From Clostridia bacterium (GTDB taxonomy: Bacteria; Bacillota; Clostridia; Oscillospirales; Butyricicoccaceae), in contig JAFSVO010000098.1 in the NCBI GenBank assembly GCA_017444965.1, forward strand, positions 1 through 39,420: DNA of 39,420 nt, read 5' to 3'. Of the stretch, positions 32,991 through 39,420 are shown piece by piece; positions within the stretch are counted from its first letter, which is position 1; each line of letters opens with the position of its first letter. Made by a program: the position numbers and the translations under genes. The notes under the pieces are model-generated. The model was given only the letters and a program-made list of their open reading frames with translations. It was not told the origin of the DNA and ran no database searches.

Positions 32991-35099
32991 ATGACCCGCG
33001 ACGGCTTTTCCCGGGGCGGCAGAGCGGTGCTCGCCTGCGCCTACGCGGCGGCTCGCAGGAATTTCTGCGGCGCCGTCGGAAGCGAACATATACTTTTCGG
33101 CGTAAGCTCGTGCGGGTGCCTTAAAGGGTTACTTGAAAGCTTCGGCGTGACCGAGGTGAAAATGAAAGAAAAGCTTTCGCCGCGCGGCGGGGAGAGGGCG
33201 CCCTTCCCCGCGAAGCTGTCGAAAAACGCCGAGGAGATAATAGCGCGGTCCCGCGCGAGCGCCGAGGCGTCAAACGAAAAGGTGTCGGAAAAGCATATAC
33301 TTCTCAGCATATTAAGGTCGCCCGAAAGCCGCGCCTGCCGCATATTAAGCGAGCTCGGCGCGGGCGCCGAAACTATAGCCGCGGCGCTCGAGCCCGCAAA
33401 GGCGATACCCGACGAAAAACTTAAGCTTACGCTCAGATACGGCGTCGACCTTACGGCGAACGCTTATAAGACCGACCCCGTCCTGTTCCGCGAGAAAGAG
33501 ACCGAGCGCATCGCGTGCGTTCTCTGCCGCAGGCAAAAGGGAAATCCCGTCCTTATCGGCGAGGCGGGCGTCGGAAAGACGGCGGCGGTAGAGGGGCTCG
33601 CGGCGAAAATAGCCGGCCGCACGGCGCCCCGCGCTCTTCTGGGGAAAAGGATAATATCGCTCGATATCCCGTCGCTCGTCGCCGGCACGAGATACAGAGG
33701 CGAGTTTGAGGAAAAGCTTCGCGCCGTGATAAGCGAGGTCGAAAAAGCCGGGAACGTAATATTGTTTATAGATGAGATACATCTTCTGACCGGGGCGGGC
33801 GCCGCCGAAGGCGCGGTGGACGCGGCGAATATCCTGAAACCCTATCTCGCGCGCGGAGAGGTGCGGGTCATAGGCGCGACGACGCCCGAGGAATACGCGC
33901 GCACCATACGCCGCGACCGCGCCCTTTGCCGCAGGTTCCGCGAGATACGCATAGAAGAGCCGTCGCCGCAGAAGACCGAAGAGATATTAAAGGCGCTCCG
34001 CCCGCGCTTCGAGGCGTTCCACGGGGTCGTCATAACCGACTCCGCCTGCGCCGCCGCCGTCGACCTTTCGGGGCGGTTTATGACCGAGCGCCGCTTTCCC
34101 GACAAAGCCATAGACCTTATCGACGAAAGCGCGGCGCGCGCCGCCGCGGGAAACGAAAGGACGCTTACCGAAAAGCATATAGAAAAGACCCTTTCCGATA
34201 TGACCGGCATACCCGCGGGCAGACTTACGGAAAGCGAAAGAGAGGCGCTTTTGAGCCTTTCGGAAAGGATAAAGGAAACCGTAACGGGTCAGGACGGGGC
34301 GGTAGACGCCCTTTGCCGCGCCGTGTTCCGCGCCGGCATATCGGGCGGGCAGAGGGGCACGCAGGGCGCGTTTCTTTTCTGCGGCGAGCCGGGCGTCGGC
34401 AAGACCCTGCTCGCGAGGACCTTCGCCAAAGAGCTTTTCGGGGATAACGGCTTTTTCTTTTTTAATATGAGCGAGTACTCGGAAAAGCACACCGTGTCGC
34501 GCCTTATCGGCTCGCCTCCCGGCTACGAGGGGCATTCGTGCGGGGGCGAGCTTTGCGAGGCGGTAAGAAAGCGCCCCCGCTCGGTCATTCTGCTCGACGA
34601 GCTTGAAAAAGCCCATCCCGACGTGCAGAACGTGCTTCTTCGCGTGCTCGACGAGGGGAAGCTGAGCGATTCCTCAGGGCAGACCGCCGATTTTTCGTCG
34701 GCTTTTATCATAATGACGACTAACGCGGGCGCGGGCGCGTCACGCGCGGGGTTTTTAGGCGGCGGCGCGCGTTCGGGAATCGGCTTCTTTTCGCCCGAGC
34801 TTCTGGACAGAGTCGACGAAACGGTCTTTTTCCGCAGACTTGAAAAAGGCGACCTTATCAAAATCGCCGAGCGCGAGCTTTCAAATCTTAAAAAATGTAT
34901 GCAGAAAACGGGAATAGATCTTAAGTGGAACGAAGACGCGCTAAAAGCGCTGACGAACGAGGGCGGCGCGCGAAAAGTCGTCCGCGCGGCGCGTTCGGCG
35001 GCGCTTGACGCCGCATGCGGCGGCATTCTTTCGGGCAAAACAGTCAGGCGCGCCGAGATAGAAGTCAAAGAAGGCCGTTTAAAAACTTTTTGCAGTTAA
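32991..35099 (+). CDS. Clp/Hsp100 AAA+ ATPase with two nucleotide-binding domains and no obvious middle coiled-coil domain
   Basis: It has Clp_N repeats (GSEHILFGV, SEKHILLSIL). D1 carries GEAGVGKTA and ILFIDEIH; D2 carries GEPGVGKTL and VILLDELEKAH. RAGFLGG sits where ClpC carries its VGF ClpP-docking loop. At 702 aa it is about 100 aa shorter than ClpC. Confidence 0.9.
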   Translation: MTRDGFSRGGRAVLACAYAAARRNFCGAVGSEHILFGVSSCGCLKGLLESFGVTEVKMKEKLSPRGGERAPFPAKLSKNAEEIIARSRASAEASNEKVSEKHILLSILRSPESRACRILSELGAGAETIAAALEPAKAIPDEKLKLTLRYGVDLTANAYKTDPVLFREKETERIACVLCRRQKGNPVLIGEAGVGKTAAVEGLAAKIAGRTAPRALLGKRIISLDIPSLVAGTRYRGEFEEKLRAVISEVEKAGNVILFIDEIHLLTGAGAAEGAVDAANILKPYLARGEVRVIGATTPEEYARTIRRDRALCRRFREIRIEEPSPQKTEEILKALRPRFEAFHGVVITDSACAAAVDLSGRFMTERRFPDKAIDLIDESAARAAAGNERTLTEKHIEKTLSDMTGIPAGRLTESEREALLSLSERIKETVTGQDGAVDALCRAVFRAGISGGQRGTQGAFLFCGEPGVGKTLLARTFAKELFGDNGFFFFNMSEYSEKHTVSRLIGSPPGYEGHSCGGELCEAVRKRPRSVILLDELEKAHPDVQNVLLRVLDEGKLSDSSGQTADFSSAFIIMTTNAGAGASRAGFLGGGARSGIGFFSPELLDRVDETVFFRRLEKGDLIKIAERELSNLKKCMQKTGIDLKWNEDALKALTNEGGARKVVRAARSAALDAACGGILSGKTVRRAEIEVKEGRLKTFCS

Positions 35100-35183
35100 T
35101 AATTTATTTACTTTTTAAACCTTGTTTTGTCACAATTATGAGTTACAATGTAACCGTAACAAATCCTGAAGGAGGAAAAAACC

Positions 35184-36398
35184 ATGGATGACAACAACAG
35201 AGTAATAATCGTAAACAGCGACGGCGACTACGAATGGCAGAGGAAAGCGCCAAAAACGAAACGCACCGGTAAAGTGCTTAAAACTATAATAAGCCTTATG
35301 CTCGTAGCGGCCGTATCGGTCGGATCGGCGGCGGCGTATCTTCACTTCGCGGGCGGAAAAACGACCGGCGCCGCGACAGCGGGCAGCGCTTCCACGGTTA
35401 TACAGCAGGTAACGAAAACCTCGACCATCGGTACCGCCGAATCGCGCGACGGCACGAAAAAGACCATTCCCGAGATATACGCCGAGTGCGTAAAATCGAC
35501 CGTGCTTTTGACCTGCAAGAGGCCGGCGACTAACAGCGGCCTGTTCTTCGGCTTCTACGGTCAGCAGCCGACTCAGCGCTACAGCACGGTATTCGGCTCG
35601 GGCGTCATCATGAGCTCGGACGGTTATATCATCACGAACCACCACATCGTTGAAGAAGCCGAAGAGGTGACCGTCACGATGTACGACGACACCGAGTATA
35701 AGGGGACCGTCGTCGGCAGCGACGCCAACACCGATATCGCGGTCGTAAAGATAGACGCGACCGGCCTTGACGCGGCGACCTTTGGCGACAGCTCGGCGCT
35801 TCTCGTCGGCGAGGAAGCATACGCGATAGGCAACCCCCTCAATACTCAGCTCGCGTTCACGCTTACCTGCGGCCACGTTTCCGCGCTTGAAAGAGAACTG
35901 TTTATAGAAGACAGAATGCTCTCTCTCATACAGATAGACACGGCGATAAATCCCGGCAACTCGGGCGGCCCCGTGATAGATTCCAACGGCAACGTCATAG
36001 GCATAGTAGACGCTAAGGTCGTCACCACCGACGTAGAGGGCATCGCCTTCGCCATACCGGTAAACGACGCGCTTTCGATAGCCCGCAGCATCATCGATTA
36101 CGGCTACGTTGTCGGCAGACCGATGCTCGGCATAACCGTGCAGTCGGCGACGCCGCAGCAGGCTCAGCTTTACGGAGTAGACGCGGGCATAACCGTCGTC
36201 GAGGTATCCCAGGGCAGCTGCGCCGAAAAGGGCGGCATGAAGGTCGGCGATAAGATAACCCACTTCAACGGCGTCGCGATAAGCACCACGTCCGAGCTTA
36301 ATTTCCAGAAGGAAAAGTACAAAGTGGGCGACACGGTGACGGTGACCGTAGAGCGCGAAGGCAAATCGGTCGTGCTCAACATAACCCTCGGAAACTGA
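35184..36398 (+). CDS. htrA: Membrane-anchored HtrA/DegP-family serine protease with one PDZ domain
   Basis: It has an N-terminal transmembrane helix (IISLMLVAAVSVGSAAAYL) and the catalytic triad blocks ITNHHIV, DIAVVKI and GNSGGPV. A C-terminal PDZ domain is present (GITVVEV...GMKVGDKITHFNG). Confidence 0.9.
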   Translation: MDDNNRVIIVNSDGDYEWQRKAPKTKRTGKVLKTIISLMLVAAVSVGSAAAYLHFAGGKTTGAATAGSASTVIQQVTKTSTIGTAESRDGTKKTIPEIYAECVKSTVLLTCKRPATNSGLFFGFYGQQPTQRYSTVFGSGVIMSSDGYIITNHHIVEEAEEVTVTMYDDTEYKGTVVGSDANTDIAVVKIDATGLDAATFGDSSALLVGEEAYAIGNPLNTQLAFTLTCGHVSALERELFIEDRMLSLIQIDTAINPGNSGGPVIDSNGNVIGIVDAKVVTTDVEGIAFAIPVNDALSIARSIIDYGYVVGRPMLGITVQSATPQQAQLYGVDAGITVVEVSQGSCAEKGGMKVGDKITHFNGVAISTTSELNFQKEKYKVGDTVTVTVEREGKSVVLNITLGN

Positions 36399-36447
36399 CC
36401 TCATTTCTTTTTTTCATTTCTTTTCTCATTTCTTTCTCTTTTTAGGG

Positions 36448-36485
36448 ATGCGCCGCGCTCGAACGAGCGCGGCGCATTTCTCTCC
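36448..36485 (+). terminator. Intrinsic terminator after htrA
   Basis: A 14-bp GC-rich stem ATGCGCCGCGCTCG / CGAGCGCGGCGCAT followed by TTTCTCT, which is a weak U-tract. Confidence 0.65.
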
Positions 36486-36665
36486 CCAAAAAGCAGGCTT
36501 TTTGGGGTCCCCTATCAAAATTATACGCTTTCGGGCGAAGTGAATTCGCCCTTCGCGTGCGGCTCGCGTTCCGCTCGCCTCGCCGCACTCGCGGCGCGGC
36601 GCAGAAGCGCCGTTTTTTCACAGAAATCCCTATCAAATTTGAAACGCACGCCACCGCAGTTTTCT

Positions 36666-36694
36666 ATTGACCGTATAACAATATCGTGATAAAA
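36666..36694 (+). promoter_or_regulatory. Candidate promoter of the transketolase operon
   Basis: TTGACC, a 17-nt spacer (GTATAACAATATCGTGA) and TAAAAT. Confidence 0.5.
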
Positions 36695-36748
36695 TAATTA
36701 AGATAAAAATCCGAAAAAACAATTTAAAAAATACAGGCAGGTGTAAAA

Positions 36749-37588
36749 ATGAAAACGAACAAGGAACTCCGCGTGTTCGCGGAAGAGATCAGAGTCGAGA
36801 CCCTTAAAGAAATAGGCCACCTCGGCTTCGGACACATCGGCGGCGCTTTGTCGATAGTAGAGCTTTTGTCGGTGCTTTACGGCGGCGAAATGCGCATAGA
36901 CCCTAAAAATCCCGACTGGGACGACAGAGACAGACTGGTCGTTTCCAAGGGTCATTCCGGCCCCTCGGTGTACGCGACGCTGGCGCTCTGCGGCTATTTC
37001 CCGAAGGAGATGCTCTTAACGCTCAACCAGGGCGGCACGCATCTTCCGAGCCATTGCGACCGCACCAAGACCCCCGGCATAGATATGACGACGGGAAGCC
37101 TCGGGCAGGGCATGTCGACGGCTATCGGCCTTGCGCTCGCGAGCAAGATAAAGAAAAAAGACAATTATACTTATCTTATTTTGGGCGACGGCGAATGCGA
37201 CGAAGGTCAGGTATGGGAAGGCGCGGCTTTCGCGCCCCACTTCAAGCTTGACAACCTTATCGCTTTCGTAGACCTTAACAAGCAGCAGCTTGACGGCGCC
37301 TGCGACGATATCCTCTATATGGGCGACATGGTCGACAAGTGGACGGCGTTCGGCTGGAACACGGTAAAAATAAACGGCCACGACATAGAGGCGATAAAGG
37401 AAGCCATAGCTAACGCGAAAAAGGTCAAGGGCAAGCCCTCTATGATAATCCTCGACACGGTAAAGGGCAAGGGCTGCGAGCTTGCCGAGCAGACCTTCCC
37501 CTGCCACCATATGAAGTTCAAGCCCGAGCAGATCGCCCCCAGCATCGAAAAGGCGGAAGCCGTGCTTGAAGCGGTCAAAAAGGCGTAA
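36749..37588 (+). CDS. Transketolase, N-terminal (TPP pyrophosphate-binding) subunit
   Basis: 279 aa with GHIGGALS, SKGHSGPSVYA and the TPP motif GDGECDEGQVWE. This is the split-gene form. Confidence 0.9.
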   Translation: MKTNKELRVFAEEIRVETLKEIGHLGFGHIGGALSIVELLSVLYGGEMRIDPKNPDWDDRDRLVVSKGHSGPSVYATLALCGYFPKEMLLTLNQGGTHLPSHCDRTKTPGIDMTTGSLGQGMSTAIGLALASKIKKKDNYTYLILGDGECDEGQVWEGAAFAPHFKLDNLIAFVDLNKQQLDGACDDILYMGDMVDKWTAFGWNTVKINGHDIEAIKEAIANAKKVKGKPSMIILDTVKGKGCELAEQTFPCHHMKFKPEQIAPSIEKAEAVLEAVKKA

Positions 37589-37601
37589 GGAGGGAACGGA
37601 A

Positions 37602-38564
37602 ATGTATAAAGTTAAATCTACGATAGAAAAAGAATCTGTCGAAATGCGCGCGGCTTACGTTGAAACTCTTTGCGCCCTTGCAGAAAAGGACGAGCGCATA
37701 GTCGTGCTTGACGCCGACCTCGTCGGCTCGAGCGGCGTAAAGCCCTTCTTCAAGCAGTTCCCCGACCGCGCGATAAACTGCGGCATACAGGAAAGCAATA
37801 TGATAGGCGTCGCCGCCGGTCTTTCGGCGCAGGGACTTATCCCCTTCGCCCATTCCTTCGGCCCCTTCGCGACCCGCAGGGTCTGCGATCAGATATTCAT
37901 TTCCTGCGCTTACGCGAAGCTGAACGTCCGCATACTCGGCTCCGATCCCGGCGTCACGGCGGCGTATAACGGCGGCACTCATATGCCCTTCGAGGATATG
38001 GGCACGCTCATGTCGATACCCGGCATAACGCTCGTTGAGCCCACCGACACGGTCCAGCTCAGATGGCTCGTAAAAGAGCTCGCGGGGAAATACGGCGTCT
38101 TCTACATCCGTATGCTCCGAAAGAACGCCGCCGGCGTTTTCGAAGCGGGAAGCACGTTTGAGCTCGGGAAAGCGGCGAAGCTCAAAGAGGGCAAGGACGT
38201 CTGCATAGTCGCCTCGGGCATCATGGTCGAAGAGGCGTTAAAGGCGGCGGCTCAGCTTGAAAAAGAGGGCGTTTCCGCGGCGGTGCTCAACACGTTCACG
38301 TGGAAGCCGATAGACGAGGAAGCCCTTTCCGAATACGCGAAGAAGTGCGGCTGCTTCGTCACCGCCGAAAACCACAACGTGATAGGCGGCCTGTACAGCG
38401 CCGTTTCGGCGAGCCTTGCGAAGAACGCCCCCGCGCCGGTCGAGGCCGTAGGCGTTTTCGACGAGTTCGGCGAGGTCGGCACCGAAGCCTTCCTGCGCGA
38501 AAGATTCAATCTTACCGCCGACGCCATAGTCAAAGCGGCGAAAAAGGCGATCTCCCGCAAATAA
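37602..38564 (+). CDS. Transketolase, C-terminal (pyrimidine-binding) subunit
   Basis: The start is set at MYKVKS (ATG 37602) behind TAAGGAGGG. The conserved blocks are INCGIQESNMIGVAAGL and GGTHMPFEDM. Confidence 0.9.
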   Translation: MYKVKSTIEKESVEMRAAYVETLCALAEKDERIVVLDADLVGSSGVKPFFKQFPDRAINCGIQESNMIGVAAGLSAQGLIPFAHSFGPFATRRVCDQIFISCAYAKLNVRILGSDPGVTAAYNGGTHMPFEDMGTLMSIPGITLVEPTDTVQLRWLVKELAGKYGVFYIRMLRKNAAGVFEAGSTFELGKAAKLKEGKDVCIVASGIMVEEALKAAAQLEKEGVSAAVLNTFTWKPIDEEALSEYAKKCGCFVTAENHNVIGGLYSAVSASLAKNAPAPVEAVGVFDEFGEVGTEAFLRERFNLTADAIVKAAKKAISRK

Positions 38565-38590
38565 GACCGGATAACGCGATAAATACGCGC
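38552..38590. repeat. Direct repeat, copy 1 (39/39 identical to 39382-39420)
   Basis: CTCCCGCAAATAAGACCGGATAACGCGATAAATACGCGC. It contains the last codons and stop of the transketolase C-subunit gene. Confidence 0.95.
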
Positions 38591-38591
38591 G

Positions 38592-38626
38592 CCCCCGCCG
38601 GAAAAATCCGGCGGGGGATTATTTTG
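38592..38626 (+). terminator. Intrinsic terminator after the transketolase operon
   Basis: An 11-bp stem CCCCCGCCGGA / TCCGGCGGGGG with an AAAA loop, followed by ATTATTTTG. Confidence 0.8.
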
Positions 38627-38655
38627 TTGACAATATCACGATATCGTGATATACT
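38627..38655 (+). promoter_or_regulatory. Promoter of the DUF4160/DUF2442 cassette with an embedded 20-bp perfect palindrome
   Basis: TTGACA, a 17-nt spacer and TATACT. The palindrome ATATCACGAT|ATCGTGATAT (38633-38652) fills the spacer and overlaps the -10. Confidence 0.6.
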
Positions 38656-38679
38656 GTAAATGAAAAAGGGGGGAAACTT

Positions 38680-38934
38680 ATGCCTGTACTTGCGAGGTTT
38701 TACGGAATAGTTATCAGAATGTATTTTTTACAAAGCGAGCATAATCCGCCGCATATCCACGCAATATATAATGACAACGTTGCCGCTGTTGATTTTATGA
38801 CCGGGAACGTATTGGAAGGATACTTGCCGGATAAGGCTCTTGCAATGGTGCGCGAGTGGATAGCCATTAACAGGGAAGACCTTAAAACCATATGGGAAAC
38901 GCAAGAGTTTAAAAAGTTGCCGCCGCTTGTATAA
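38680..38934 (+). CDS. DUF4160 domain protein
   Basis: 84 aa. FYGIVIRMYFLQSEHNPPHIHAIY is the signature block of DUF4160 as I remember it. Confidence 0.8.
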   Translation: MPVLARFYGIVIRMYFLQSEHNPPHIHAIYNDNVAAVDFMTGNVLEGYLPDKALAMVREWIAINREDLKTIWETQEFKKLPPLV

Positions 38935-38944
38935 AGGAGAGAAA

Positions 38945-39394
38945 ATGTTTCATAAGGTTAAAAACGTATTTGCGCTGCCCGATCTGCGCTTAAGCGTGCA
39001 GTTCGCCGAGGGAGTTACGAAAATATACGACGTCAAACCTCTGCTGAAACGTATTCCTGCTTTCGGCGTCTTTTTGAAAGAGCCGGAAAGATTTGAAGAC
39101 GTACAGGTCGATAACGGAGGTTACGGCGTTATTTGGAACGACGATCTTGACCTTTCCTGCGACGAACTTTGGGAACACGGCGCTAAAGCGGAGACTCCGT
39201 TTGACGGGCTTATGGCGTTCGGCGACGCGACGGAACTCTGGGGACTTAACGAAAGCACTTTACGAAAAGCCGTAAAATACGGGAAACTCATACAGGGCGT
39301 TGACGTTTGTAAATTCGGCAAGCAGTGGATAGTATCGACGTTGGCTATGAAAAGAGAATACGGCGAATCGGGCAAAGCCGGCTCCCGCAAATAA
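38945..39394 (+). CDS. DUF2442 domain protein with a C-terminal HTH-like extension
   Basis: The start is set at MFHKVKNV behind AAAGGAGAG. The N-terminal half (..LSVQFAEGVTKIYDVKPLL......VQVDNGGYGVIWNDDLDLSCDELW) matches the DUF2442 pattern. The C-terminal ~60 aa (GDATELWGLNESTLRKAVKYGKL...FGKQWIV) look like a small HTH domain. Confidence 0.75.
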   Translation: MFHKVKNVFALPDLRLSVQFAEGVTKIYDVKPLLKRIPAFGVFLKEPERFEDVQVDNGGYGVIWNDDLDLSCDELWEHGAKAETPFDGLMAFGDATELWGLNESTLRKAVKYGKLIQGVDVCKFGKQWIVSTLAMKREYGESGKAGSRK

Positions 39395-39420
39395 GACCGG
39401 ATAACGCGATAAATACGCGC
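39382..39420. repeat. Direct repeat, copy 2 (truncated by the window end)
   Basis: It is identical to 38552-38590 and supplies the last codons and stop of the DUF2442-HTH gene. Confidence 0.95.

Noticed and set aside
35136-36404. 422-aa minus-strand ORF antisense to htrA
   Set aside because: It is a shadow frame. The plus strand carries the complete His/Asp/Ser (GNSGGP) protease triad and a PDZ domain, while the antisense product is Arg/Tyr/Val-rich nonsense.
36442-36654. 70-aa minus-strand ORF in the htrA-tkt intergenic region
   Set aside because: The product is Arg-rich and low-complexity. The ORF is built entirely from GC-rich hairpin arms and has no SD.

Overview
Chromosomal window from a moderately GC-rich Gram-positive, Clostridia-like bacterium. 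The taxonomic guess rests on an SLH-anchored S-layer protein, a CpsC/CpsD/CpsB-type tyrosine-kinase module, an ECF S-component and a split transketolase. The content runs as follows.
(1) 1-7.3 kb is housekeeping: nadE 3' end, tyrS, a HAD-IB hydrolase, an acyl-ACP thioesterase, cysK, and a serC-like/serA/DUF1015 cluster.
(2) 7.5-17 kb is a cell-envelope block. It holds a strongly signalled S-layer gene, then one apparent operon: cpsC-cpsD-cpsB, a 41-codon ORF, and a 1355-aa secreted multidomain hydrolase.
(3) 17-27.7 kb is a minus-strand block: a GH20-like protein, a GGDEF membrane protein, a lipoprotein nitroreductase, and two tandem giant secreted M14 carboxypeptidase paralogues.
(4) 27.7-29.2 kb is a repeat-rich region around an ECF S-component gene and tRNA-Pro(GGG).
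(5) 29.2-36.4 kb holds a VbhA-like small protein, a ZIP transporter, an XRE regulator with dual operators, azlCD, an aspartate racemase, a 55-aa ferredoxin missing from the ORF track, a Clp/Hsp100 ATPase and HtrA.
(6) 36.7-39.4 kb holds the split transketolase followed by a DUF4160 / DUF2442-HTH two-gene cassette.
I recognised no rRNA, CRISPR array, transposase, integrase or phage structural gene.
The best candidate for something undescribed is the DUF4160/DUF2442-HTH cassette. It has its own palindrome-bearing promoter and is bracketed by perfect 39-bp direct repeats that recreate the stop-codon region of the transketolase gene. Secondary candidates are the tRNA-Pro-fragment repeat region, the beta-helix/M14 paralogue pair, and the tyrosine-kinase trio co-transcribed with a secreted hydrolase rather than with glycosyltransferases.
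All family assignments come from motif recognition by eye. No searches were run.
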